Shown piece after piece: positions 10,051 to 19,153 of a stretch of 32,000 nucleotides of DNA. The notes under the pieces were generated by a model that was not told the origin of the DNA, did no database searches, and was given only the letters and a program-made list of their open reading frames with translations. The stretch spans positions 18,872 through 50,871 of the forward strand of contig NZ_JABXKL010000029.1 of assembly GCF_017114995.1 (NCBI RefSeq), written 5' to 3'. The position numbers and the translations under genes were made by a program. The first letter of the stretch is position 1. The number at the start of each line of letters is the position of its first letter. The DNA comes from Nostoc sp. NMS9 (GTDB lineage: Bacteria; Cyanobacteriota; Cyanobacteriia; Cyanobacteriales; Nostocaceae).

Positions 10051-11700
10051 TTGAGTGACAAGATTACTGTGTTTAATCTGGAAGATTTTTTTAACCTTTC
10101 ATCTGACCTATTCTGTATCATCGGACAAGATGGTTTTTATGAGCAAGTGAATCCAGCATGGGAACAAGTGTTGGGATGGAAAGCGGAAAACTTAATCGGG
10201 TATCCGTGGCTGGGATTAGTGCATCCAGAGGATATCACAATCTGTCACTTGCCAACGGAACCACAGCAACAGTTGCACTGGGACAGCCGTTATCTTCATA
10301 AAGATGGTAGTTATAGGTGGTTGTGTTGGAGTTTATCAACTTCTGAAAAGGGACTCATTTATGCAGTAGGTAAAGACATCAGCCAACAACTACGGCGAAT
10401 AGAAGCGCTGCAAACTGAACGCGAAAGCCTTTATAACCTACTCAATCAGTTACCAGCTTTTCTCTATCTGCAACCCAAGGATTACGGGGTGGGATTTTAT
10501 AACCAACGCTTCCGCGACGTATTTGGAGATCCTACAGGGAAACGTTGTTACGAAGCGATCGCCGGCTTAAAGCAACCTTGTCCTGAATGTCCCACCTTTC
10601 ACGTTTTTGACAGTAATGCTCCGCAACTCTGGGAATGGGTAGATAGTAAAACAGGCCGGGTATATCAGATTTACGATTATCCGTTCAAGGATATGAATGG
10701 TGAGCCGATGGTTGTGGAAATGGGTTTAGATATTACTGCTGTCAAAAAAGCAGAGGCTGCTTTGCGACAGCGAGAGCAAGAATTAACTCTAAAAAACCAA
10801 CAACTTCAAGAAACCCTTGAACAATTACAAAAGACCCAAGCACAACTAATTCAAACAGAAAAAATGTCTTCTTTGGGACAATTAGTCGCGGGTGTAGCTC
10901 ACGAAATTAATAATCCTATTAATTTTATCAATGGCAATATTACTCCTGCTAAAGAATACATTCAACAATTGCTAGAAATACTGCAACTTTACCAAAAAGA
11001 ATATCCTCATCCAACACCAGTTATTCAGGAAGGAATAGAAGCGATCGAGTTAGATTTTGTCATTCAAGACCTACAAAAATTACTAGATTCCATGAAAATG
11101 GGCAGCGATCGCATTCGTAACATTGTACTGTCGTTGCGGAACTTCTCACGACTGGATGAAGCAGAAATGAAAGCAGTCGATATCCATAGCGGTATTGATA
11201 GTACGCTAATGATTCTGCAAAACCGCCTCAAAGCCAAGCCTGACAGTTCCCAAATCCAAATTATTAAAGAGTATGCTCAACTTCCTCTAATAGAGTGTTA
11301 CGTCGGTCAACTTAACCAGGTATTTATGAATATCATCACTAACGCGATCGATGCTTTGGAAGAGTTATATGTCAATAACCAGGAGTTAAGTTGCAATCCG
11401 CAAATCACTATTAGTACTGGGTTACTCAACTCAGATTGGGTTGCTATTGAGATTGCTGACAATGGAGTGGGAATGTCACAAGAAGTTCAACAACGTCTAT
11501 TCGATCCCTTCTTTACAACTAAAGTAGTAGGTAAGGGAACTGGTTTAGGGATGTCAATTAGTTATCAAATTGTCACAGAAAAACATCAGGGTCAACTGCG
11601 ATGTATTTCATCTCTAGGAGAAGGAGCAACGTTTATAATTGAGATTCCTATTCGACAAAATAAATCCATACAGCCAAATTTACTGGCTGACAATAAATAA
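10051..11700 (+). CDS. PAS-domain sensor histidine kinase (orphan, no adjacent response regulator)
   Basis: N-terminal PAS, then a second PAS-like region with a Cys cluster, then a coiled coil. H-box AGVAHEINNPINF, N-box NIITNAIDA, G1 DNGVGM, G2 GKGTGLGMSIS. The start is TTG, with no in-frame ATG before the PAS core. Confidence 0.9.
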   Translation: MSDKITVFNLEDFFNLSSDLFCIIGQDGFYEQVNPAWEQVLGWKAENLIGYPWLGLVHPEDITICHLPTEPQQQLHWDSRYLHKDGSYRWLCWSLSTSEKGLIYAVGKDISQQLRRIEALQTERESLYNLLNQLPAFLYLQPKDYGVGFYNQRFRDVFGDPTGKRCYEAIAGLKQPCPECPTFHVFDSNAPQLWEWVDSKTGRVYQIYDYPFKDMNGEPMVVEMGLDITAVKKAEAALRQREQELTLKNQQLQETLEQLQKTQAQLIQTEKMSSLGQLVAGVAHEINNPINFINGNITPAKEYIQQLLEILQLYQKEYPHPTPVIQEGIEAIELDFVIQDLQKLLDSMKMGSDRIRNIVLSLRNFSRLDEAEMKAVDIHSGIDSTLMILQNRLKAKPDSSQIQIIKEYAQLPLIECYVGQLNQVFMNIITNAIDALEELYVNNQELSCNPQITISTGLLNSDWVAIEIADNGVGMSQEVQQRLFDPFFTTKVVGKGTGLGMSISYQIVTEKHQGQLRCISSLGEGATFIIEIPIRQNKSIQPNLLADNK

Positions 11701-11849
11701 ATGCAACAATACTAAAAATCCATAATTTTTTGGGATTTTACATAAGGTTTTCCAGCAGTTATAAACTAGAATCATAATATATGTTTGTAGTGACACAACT
11801 ATTTGTACCACTACTGTGTAATCAGCAAAAATTATAATTGCTATATAAT

Positions 11850-13256
11850 CTAATTATCTATACTGGCAGAAAGAATTTTACTGTAATATTCAGTTTTTGC
11901 ATAGATGCTAATAATACTATCACTAACTGCAAAAAAAGTACCTTTTTGCTCATTTTTAGAAAATTGCAAATTTGGGTATTTCGCAGCAGCTTCGTCAGCG
12001 GTCATGGCTTTGGCTTCGATTTCATCTGGTAATAATCCAGTAGAACCAATGTAAAAGACTAAAGGAGATATTTTATCTTGGTAGATATTTTCTGCATATT
12101 CTTCTAACTTGTTATTTGCCACCGTTAAAGCTGCAACCATTTCTTCTTTGCCGATCTGCTTCCCATTTTGTTTATCCTGTAATAACTGCGCCAAACTATC
12201 AGCAGTAACTTTCTTAAGAATACCTCCAACAATGCCATTTTGCTCAAGCCCAAGAAAATTATCAAAAATTGGTTTCATCAACTCGTCAACTTTTGTAATC
12301 TTGATACGTGATGACAATAACCTGTGCCTAACAGCGAGATTCTCATGAAATACCATATCAAAACTCGGCTTCATGATAATTTCTCCAGTTTCTTTGTCAT
12401 AAAGGCGATACATTTTATTGAAAAACTTGTTAGCAGAAGGGAACTTACTCAGGTTCAGAATATCTTGACTGCCAATATCGATTTTATAGCTCAATTTTGA
12501 GTCAATAGTACCATTGACTAAAGCTTGGTTGATGTCAGTGTATTCGTTAGTTGTAGGAAAGTTGATGTAAATATTTTTAGACAGATAGTGCTTTTTAAAC
12601 TCATCTAATTGTGTCTCGATAAATACATCTGACTCTTTTTTCAAGTGAGCGCAAATAATACTAGTCAGTACTTTAATTTCTGCTAGTTCATTAAATAGTC
12701 CATCAATACTGCTGTAACTACTATTAGCAGCTACAAGTGGCAAATTATCTAACTGAATCGTATGTTCTAACTGGAAATCAAATTTTTCTGCATCCAGTAT
12801 GCCTTTTTCTTTGAGTAAATCAAAGACTTTTTTACTGCTAATTTTGACTTGTAATGACTTTACGTTGATTATGCCGTCACTTACAATTGTGTAATTATTA
12901 AAGGTGTTGAGGTCATTTACTAATAACCCTGCTACTTCAATGGTAGGAGTTTGGTCTTCAAATTTAGCAAGTTTAACTCTACGTTTGACAAGCATATTGA
13001 TAGTAGCAGTATTGCGGTTAAACTGAAACTCGCCCATACCAACATAGTCAGGATCATCTATATATTCTGTTATCAACCAAGGTTGGAGCAGTTCTCCATT
13101 TTCGTTTCTAACACCTCTAATACGTTTAATACCTGTTCTTTGATAAGATTCTTGTAGGTGCTTAATATTGATAATAATATTATTACGGTATTGTGCAAAA
13201 ATTTGGATTAGTTCTACTAGAAAAATCTGATTATTTGTCATATTGCCACCTTCCAT
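11850..13256 (-). CDS. Orphan hypothetical protein, 463-468 aa, no recognisable domain
   Basis: Long uninterrupted ORF. AAGGTGG precedes the second Met (ATG at 13241), which is the probable true start. No Walker, nuclease, HKD or transmembrane motifs were found by eye. No GCGATCGC anywhere in the gene. Confidence 0.7.
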   Translation of the reverse strand: MEGGNMTNNQIFLVELIQIFAQYRNNIIINIKHLQESYQRTGIKRIRGVRNENGELLQPWLITEYIDDPDYVGMGEFQFNRNTATINMLVKRRVKLAKFEDQTPTIEVAGLLVNDLNTFNNYTIVSDGIINVKSLQVKISSKKVFDLLKEKGILDAEKFDFQLEHTIQLDNLPLVAANSSYSSIDGLFNELAEIKVLTSIICAHLKKESDVFIETQLDEFKKHYLSKNIYINFPTTNEYTDINQALVNGTIDSKLSYKIDIGSQDILNLSKFPSANKFFNKMYRLYDKETGEIIMKPSFDMVFHENLAVRHRLLSSRIKITKVDELMKPIFDNFLGLEQNGIVGGILKKVTADSLAQLLQDKQNGKQIGKEEMVAALTVANNKLEEYAENIYQDKISPLVFYIGSTGLLPDEIEAKAMTADEAAAKYPNLQFSKNEQKGTFFAVSDSIISIYAKTEYYSKILSASIDN

Positions 13257-13388
13257 ATAAAGGTCAAGAATCTTTTATAGCTACGGTTATTGAAGTTTAT
13301 TAATATTCCAAAATAAGCTATTATAACCGTACTAATTTAAAGTAAAAATACACAATTATTTGATTACCAAACTTTGTACACAGTTTGG

Positions 13389-13514
13389 TAAGTTCGTGGA
13401 TAATTGAGGGTTTAAGTTTAAACGCATAGGCGCTTCGCCTTCCCGTAGGGTAGGAGCGCAAAGTATAGCACAGAGGAGCGCAAAGTTTGTTTGAGTTTAT
13501 TCGCTACGAACTTA
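13389..13514. repeat. Inverted-repeat-flanked dispersed element
   Basis: taagttcgt (13389-13397) pairs with acgaactta (13506-13514). The internal direct repeat ggagcgcaaagt occurs twice (13453 and 13476). Confidence 0.45.
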
Positions 13515-13698
13515 GGCAAAGCTGTACTTCGCATTGCATACTTATCAGACATTCATACTTTTATAGTACAATTGTATCATACAAATACCAAGTTGTGTCG
13601 GCATAGCCCCTAGTAGATATCGTTGTGCAATGAGGTGTTATGGTATAAAGCAATTCGGTCAAAATCATTGCGAATTTTTTGAGTCCACATTTATTTTT

Positions 13699-13785
13699 AC
13701 CCCACCCTAACCCTCTCCTTGGAAAGGGGAGGGAACCAGATTTTTCTTGTTTCCCCCCTTGTAAAGGGGGGATTAAGGGGGGTGA
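13699..13785. repeat. Nested-hairpin dispersed repeat (same style as 72-203)
   Basis: Hairpins ccctctccttggaaaggggaggg (13711-13733) and ccccccttgtaaagggggg (13753-13771), with flanking ccccaccctaa / ttaaggggggtg arms. It generates the spurious ORF 13679..13870. Confidence 0.5.
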
Positions 13786-13828
13786 TAATGTGATTAAAAT
13801 TACAGCTAACTACTTTTCAAACAACCTC

Positions 13829-15499
13829 TTAGGCTCCGGGTTTGAAATAATCGAAGAGGCGATCGCCTGAATCTGCGCGAATCAATGCTACAACTACATC
13901 TGGTAAGGTGGCTAAACTGGGGTAAACCAAATAACGCGGTTCCCAACGAGGGCGGAATTTGTCTTTGTAGGCGTGCAGTCCCTTGAAGTTGTAAAAGCGA
14001 TTCAAATGGTCGTAAAGATAGTGCAATACTTTTTCCAAGCGGCGCGATTCGGGGTTGTCTCCAACTCCAGCAAGCGCAGAAAGACCAAAATTAAAGCTGT
14101 CGTAACCACACTCTTTAAAATGCTGGAGTAGGGAAATAAATAGAAAGTCCATTGTGCCATTTTCAAGAGATGAGCGATGTCGCATCATATCAATAGTCGC
14201 TTCGTTAAGTTGATACTCCTGGATAATGTTGGCAAAGGCGCTAATCTGACCTTCGGGATTATACACCACAGCAATCTCGCACTCTCGCAGGTAAGCTTCG
14301 TCAAACCAACCCAAAGAAAATTGTTTTTCTGAACCTTGTACCATTTTCAACCATTCATCACTTATAGGTTTGAGGAGGTGCAATAAATCATTGGTGATGG
14401 GTGGTTGGTAAAAGTCGATTTGGTATCCTAGCTTAGTTAAACGACTAATTGATGGTCTAAAGTTTTTACCGGCTTTACCTTGTAACGTAAAACTTTTTAA
14501 GTCAACGATCGCTTCTTCTCCAATCTTGAGTACCTTAAACCCCAACGATTTGTAAAGCTCAACATCATCGGGCATAGTTTGGTAAAAGCCAGGATACCAG
14601 TCGTTACGCTGACAAAACTGCCAGAAAGCAACAATTGTCTCTTTGCGGTCTTCAATGGGGCCGATGGGATCTCCCAAGGCGATCGCACCCCGTCCTTTGG
14701 GAACATAAGCAATTACACTATTACCCGAAGGACTAAAATAATAACTTTTATCATTTAAGAGTGTAAGCGCTGCTAAAGAAGAACATCCATATTGCTCGAC
14801 AATTTCTTTAGCTCTTTGTCGCTCATTTGTAGTTGCTATATTCCGCCAAAACACAGGTTGCAAGAGCATTACTATTGCATAAGTAATAGTACCTGCGGCA
14901 ATAATATAGATAGAATTAGCAAAAAATTCTCCAAATCGACTCTTTGGTTGCAGTCCCCAATTATCCTCGGTGAAGAACATCGCTAAAGTCTGAACTATCG
15001 CTTCACGCCAATTAAAATTCTCTGAAAATTTGCCGTCTAACAAGTAAAATCCAATAGTTCCGTATGCCAGGGTAAATAATAAAGCGCCTATCAGCACTCT
15101 AACTCCCCGTGCAATGGAAGGACGGTCTGATTGCGCCGTGAAAAAATGGCGCATCAAGATTAATTGCACTAGCAAAACTCCAGAGAGTAGACTTTCTTCA
15201 TAGTCCAGTCCCTTCAGCAAGTGGCTGCAAATGGAAATTATTAGTAGAGCAATGGTTAGTAACCAGGCTATTCTTTTCCGGCGTAATAAATTAGTAGCAA
15301 GTGTTAATAAAACAAACCCAGTCAATGCTGCAAATATATGACCACTGGCACGAATTTCAAATGGTAAAAATTCCTTTAACCAGTGAGTCCGCCCATACAG
15401 GTTAGGTGTCACTGCTGATAATAAATTTACTACTCCGACTAAACCTGTTAGGAAAGCTGCACTCCAAAGTCCAATCTGAGTTTTTAAATTATTTGTCAT
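13829..15499 (-). CDS. MprF-like aminoacyl-phosphatidylglycerol synthase (TM region plus DUF2156/LPG_synthase_C domain)
   Basis: About six N-terminal TM helices. The cytoplasmic C-terminal domain ends with FYNFKGLHAYKDKFRPRWEPRYLVYP, the characteristic C-terminal signature of MprF/LysPG synthase catalytic domains. Confidence 0.8.
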   Translation of the reverse strand: MTNNLKTQIGLWSAAFLTGLVGVVNLLSAVTPNLYGRTHWLKEFLPFEIRASGHIFAALTGFVLLTLATNLLRRKRIAWLLTIALLIISICSHLLKGLDYEESLLSGVLLVQLILMRHFFTAQSDRPSIARGVRVLIGALLFTLAYGTIGFYLLDGKFSENFNWREAIVQTLAMFFTEDNWGLQPKSRFGEFFANSIYIIAAGTITYAIVMLLQPVFWRNIATTNERQRAKEIVEQYGCSSLAALTLLNDKSYYFSPSGNSVIAYVPKGRGAIALGDPIGPIEDRKETIVAFWQFCQRNDWYPGFYQTMPDDVELYKSLGFKVLKIGEEAIVDLKSFTLQGKAGKNFRPSISRLTKLGYQIDFYQPPITNDLLHLLKPISDEWLKMVQGSEKQFSLGWFDEAYLRECEIAVVYNPEGQISAFANIIQEYQLNEATIDMMRHRSSLENGTMDFLFISLLQHFKECGYDSFNFGLSALAGVGDNPESRRLEKVLHYLYDHLNRFYNFKGLHAYKDKFRPRWEPRYLVYPSLATLPDVVVALIRADSGDRLFDYFKPGA

Positions 15500-15510
15500 T
15501 TTTCATTAGT

Positions 15511-15577
15511 AGTTAGGAGTGAGGAGTTAGAAGTTAGGAGTTTTCAATTTTTAACTCTTAACTCCTAACTCCTAACT
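15511..15577. repeat. Heptamer-repeat hairpin (AGTTAGG-type arms) between the esterase and synthase genes
   Basis: Left arm agttaggagtgaggagttagaagttaggagtt, right arm aactcttaactcctaactcctaact, about 10-nt loop. The right arm supplies the last five codons (LGVRS) and the stop of the upstream esterase. Confidence 0.6.
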
Positions 15578-16466
15578 TTTTAAACTGTTCTCCGACATAG
15601 GTGAGTGAATCTTTTAGATGTTTGTGAAAGTAGTTCCAACCTACATTTGCACCAGACAAACCATGACCTCCAGGAAATGCATAAAATACGTGAGTAATGC
15701 CTAACTTATTTAAGGTTTCGTTGAAGGTTTTGGTAGAGGCTAGCAAATTAGTATCGTTCAAACCCGCATCTAGATAAACACGCAATCGCTTCCTATCTTG
15801 AACTGGTAGCTGTTGCACAATTTGTTGAGGACTATTTTGTGAACCGCTGTCATCAGTAAAGTAACCGCTATGGCTAAACAAAATCTGAAAGTTGTTGAGA
15901 TAGCGTAATCCGATATTAAATGCACCCCATCCTCCAGAAGATAGACCTCCTAGCGCCCAAAATTGGGGTTCTTCCAAAGTGCGGTAGCGCGACTTGACAA
16001 CTTGTACTAATTCTGAACCAATCAAAGTCCCCACTTTGCCATTCGGCCCATCAAAGTAATCGGGGTCGTATAAAGGACTAGAACCGCGATTATCATTACC
16101 ATCAGGTGTAATCACAATCGATGGCGGTAATTTTCCACTTTGATAAAGTTCATGCAATACGTCTAAGAGTGCATATTTATCAGCATAAGCACGAGCATCA
16201 TCATGACCACCGTGTAGTAAGAATATCACAGGGTAGCGCTTTTGTGGATTTTTGCTATAACTAGGGGGCAAAATCACGCCGTAGTTACGGACTGCACCCA
16301 TCGCTTGGGAGTTGAAGGTTGCTAATTGAAACTTTAGTCCAATATTTGCCTCTTTTTTGGGTGGGTCTAGTTGTGGCGCACCTAAGATGAATACATAATA
16401 ATAACCAGCAGTAGTAAGAAGTGCGATCGCTCCTACCAAGCTAATTAACAATTTATAAATCTTCAT
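15558..16466 (-). CDS. Membrane-anchored alpha/beta-hydrolase of the 'putative esterase' (esterase D / enterochelin-esterase-like) type
   Basis: N-terminal anchor LLISLVGAIALLTTAGYYYVFIL. Oxyanion-region FLLHGGH and nucleophile elbow GGLSSGGWGA (GxSxG). Roughly 60% identical by eye to the next gene over the core. Confidence 0.8.
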   Translation of the reverse strand: MKIYKLLISLVGAIALLTTAGYYYVFILGAPQLDPPKKEANIGLKFQLATFNSQAMGAVRNYGVILPPSYSKNPQKRYPVIFLLHGGHDDARAYADKYALLDVLHELYQSGKLPPSIVITPDGNDNRGSSPLYDPDYFDGPNGKVGTLIGSELVQVVKSRYRTLEEPQFWALGGLSSGGWGAFNIGLRYLNNFQILFSHSGYFTDDSGSQNSPQQIVQQLPVQDRKRLRVYLDAGLNDTNLLASTKTFNETLNKLGITHVFYAFPGGHGLSGANVGWNYFHKHLKDSLTYVGEQFKKLGVRS

Positions 16467-16644
16467 ATTCTTTATATTCTTTTAACTTTAAAAAAAATCA
16501 CCTCCATTAGAACTTACTATAATGAATCTTTTGAAAAATGGCAGTATAGTTTTTCACCTTGAATTTTAAGTATCAACTGCTCGGCAAAATAGTATTATTT
16601 CTACTCTTAGTCTGTCAAGTTTAAATTCATGGGTAAGCAAGTTC

Positions 16645-16694
16645 GTAGTAAGGACTTCACTCCTTAATTTTCTAAGCACTAAAGTGCTTACTAC
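16645..16694. repeat. gtagtaag...cttactac hairpin repeat (family also at 28495-28542)
   Basis: Outer arms gtagtaag / cttactac enclose two small hairpins (aagga...tcctt and taagcac...gtgctta). Confidence 0.5.
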
Positions 16695-16734
16695 AAATTT
16701 TTTATTACTAGCTTAGACATTGCGCTATGGATTT

Positions 16735-17715
16735 TTAATTCTTTTGAGCATTTTTTTTATGATTAATACTTAAATTTTTCTCAGCCATATTTGCTGTTTC
16801 GGAAGCTCGAAATTGTTCGCCGACAAATGTCAATGAATTTGCTAAATGTTTCCGCCAGTATTGCCAAGTGTGACTGCCAGGAAACTGACGAAATGAATTA
16901 TAAATTTTCAGTTGTTCTAGTACTTTATTAAATCGCTTTGCTTCGCGGATTTCATCAATATCTGATGTACCCGAATCTAGGTAAATCTTTAACCTTTTTT
17001 GAGCTTGTTGGGGAATGGTTTTAATATAAAATATTGGGCTATTTGCTGGCCCACTTTTATCATTGAAATAACCACTATGACTAAATAAAATCGAGAAACG
17101 ATCTACGTTGTGTAATCCCACATTGATTGCTCCCCAACCACCAGAAGATAAACCACCTATCGCCCAAAAATCTGGATTATTTATTGTACGATAACGGCTT
17201 TGCACGACTTTTACTAACTCATCGCCTACGGCTGTAGAGACTTTACCGTTAGGGCCATCGATATATTCGGGATCTCGGTAAGGACTAGAGCCACGCTTGT
17301 CGTTGCCATCTGGTGTAATGATGATGCTGGGTGGCAACTTACCTGTAGTATAAAGTTGTTCTACAGTCTTGAGAGCTTGTCCCTTATTCTGAATAAACCA
17401 ATCAGTGGGATTACCATGTCCACCGTGGAGGAGAAAGATTACAGGATACCTTTGTTTTGAGTTTTGCTCATAGCCAGGAGGTAAAGAAACGCCATAAGTG
17501 CGACTTGCACCCATTGCTTGACTATCGTAGGTTTCAATTTTATAGGTTAGGAGAGTCGCTGAGTTGCTAGTATTGCGCTGGGTTGGAAGAACGGAAGGCG
17601 TTGTTTGTAAATCTTGCTGTTGCGGTGGTTTTGCGACGACACCTTGAGAGAAATTACAGCCAACTAGGGTTAATACTGAAAATAGCAAGAAAATTTTAGA
17701 TTGTTTGTAGTTCAT
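16735..17715 (-). CDS. Lipoprotein paralog of the 'putative esterase' alpha/beta-hydrolase
   Basis: Lipobox LTLVGC. FLLHGGH and GGLSSGGWGA are conserved with the 15558..16466 product. It has a unique Lys-rich C-terminal tail. Confidence 0.8.
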   Translation of the reverse strand: MNYKQSKIFLLFSVLTLVGCNFSQGVVAKPPQQQDLQTTPSVLPTQRNTSNSATLLTYKIETYDSQAMGASRTYGVSLPPGYEQNSKQRYPVIFLLHGGHGNPTDWFIQNKGQALKTVEQLYTTGKLPPSIIITPDGNDKRGSSPYRDPEYIDGPNGKVSTAVGDELVKVVQSRYRTINNPDFWAIGGLSSGGWGAINVGLHNVDRFSILFSHSGYFNDKSGPANSPIFYIKTIPQQAQKRLKIYLDSGTSDIDEIREAKRFNKVLEQLKIYNSFRQFPGSHTWQYWRKHLANSLTFVGEQFRASETANMAEKNLSINHKKNAQKN

Positions 17716-17869
17716 CTTTGAAGGACATTGGTTAAACAGAGCATTATTGGGTAGAGTCGATGCTTGCCTTCAAAAGCTTATGCAAATGATATGTCGATGC
17801 TGTGTCAACAGGATGGAAACTTTGCGACTGGTTGTAAATTAAAAGTCAAGAGTTAGGATAAGTTTCTTC

Positions 17870-18805
17870 ATGATGCTTAAAAAGCTGCGACTCAATTTCA
17901 GTTCTTTGTTTGGCTTGTTGCTGCTGGTGCTTTCCCTGTTGGCGATCGCTAACGAATTACGTGAGTATAATTATCGTGACATCCTCCACTCTCTAGCTGC
18001 TATCCCCAAAAGCCGCTTAAGCTGGGCAATTTGGCTGACAGCTTTGGGCTATTTAGTGATGATTGGGTACGATATCTTAGGTTTTAACTACATTAATCGT
18101 TCTTTAAGTTGGAATAAGATAGCTTTCACTAACTTTATTAGCTCTGCATTTAGTAATACCATCGGTTTTGCTTTGCTGACTGGCAGTGCTATCCGTTATC
18201 GATTTTACTCAAGTTGGGGAGTGTCAGCAGTAGCGATCGCTCAAGTAATTGCTTTCGCCAATTTCACTTTTTGGTTGGGGATGTTTGCTGTTGCAGGTTT
18301 CTTGTTCCTCATCAACCCCCTGAAGATTCCTACTCAATTACATTTACCTTTTGCTACTGTGCGTCCCATCGGCGTAATTTTTCTACTATTAGTTGCGGCT
18401 TATTTATTAGGAAGTATTTTTATTAAACAACCATTAATAATTCGTGGGCATGAATTTCGATTTCCTTCTTTTAAAATATCTCTGCTTCAAATAGCAATTT
18501 CTAGTTTTGACTGGATTCTTGCGGCGGCAGTTCTTTATGCTTTACTTCCTAGCAATATATCTTTGTCATATCTAAACTTTTTGGGAATCTATTTACTAGC
18601 GATGTTTGCAGGTGTAGTTAGTAATGTACCCGGTGGTTTAGGAGTATTTGAAACTATAATTTTGCTGATTCTCTCCTCAAAGGTTTCGGCAGCGGCAGTT
18701 TTGGGTTCAATGTTAGCTTATCGGGGAGTCTACTATTTCTTACCTTTGCTAGTAGCAGCAGGTTTGCTAGGAATTTATGAAATTAGATTTAGATCGGGGA
18801 ATTAA
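17870..18805 (+). CDS. LPG_synthase_TM / UPF0104 membrane protein (MprF flippase-like domain as a stand-alone gene)
   Basis: About eight TM helices. The signature SNVPGGLGVFE lies near the C-terminus, as in the N-terminal (flippase) half of MprF. Divergently transcribed from the esterase-esterase-synthase genes. Confidence 0.8.
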   Translation: MMLKKLRLNFSSLFGLLLLVLSLLAIANELREYNYRDILHSLAAIPKSRLSWAIWLTALGYLVMIGYDILGFNYINRSLSWNKIAFTNFISSAFSNTIGFALLTGSAIRYRFYSSWGVSAVAIAQVIAFANFTFWLGMFAVAGFLFLINPLKIPTQLHLPFATVRPIGVIFLLLVAAYLLGSIFIKQPLIIRGHEFRFPSFKISLLQIAISSFDWILAAAVLYALLPSNISLSYLNFLGIYLLAMFAGVVSNVPGGLGVFETIILLILSSKVSAAAVLGSMLAYRGVYYFLPLLVAAGLLGIYEIRFRSGN

Positions 18806-18825
18806 ACGATAGACCTCTTGCATGA

Positions 18826-18936
18826 ATCAAAAGCCCTCATCCCCCAACCCCTTCTCCCTAAGTTGGGAGAAGGGGAGCAAATTTCAAAGTCCCTCTCCCA
18901 AGCTTGGGAGAGGGATTTAGGGTGAGGGCTTTTGAT
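18826..18936. mobile_element. MITE-like nested palindrome (family shared with 26114-26160)
   Basis: Perfect 14-bp outer inverted repeat atcaaaagccctca (18826-18839) / tgagggcttttgat (18923-18936). Inner hairpins cttctccctaagttgggagaagg and ccctctcccaagcttgggagaggg. Confidence 0.6.
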
Positions 18937-19153
18937 GTCAAATTTGTAAAATCAGTAACTACTGTTATTTTTAAATGCGGAATCCTGCGGTGCTATCTTC
19001 ACATTCGGCGGCAGAAATTCCTAATTTTTGCTGAGGCGCTCGCTAAACAAATCTCACAAAAATAGTAACAGTTAGTTGTAAATTTTGAAGTAGATTTCCA
19101 TAAATCATCATCAAAATTCAGTTTTACTTTACTGTTTAAGGATAGAAATAATC

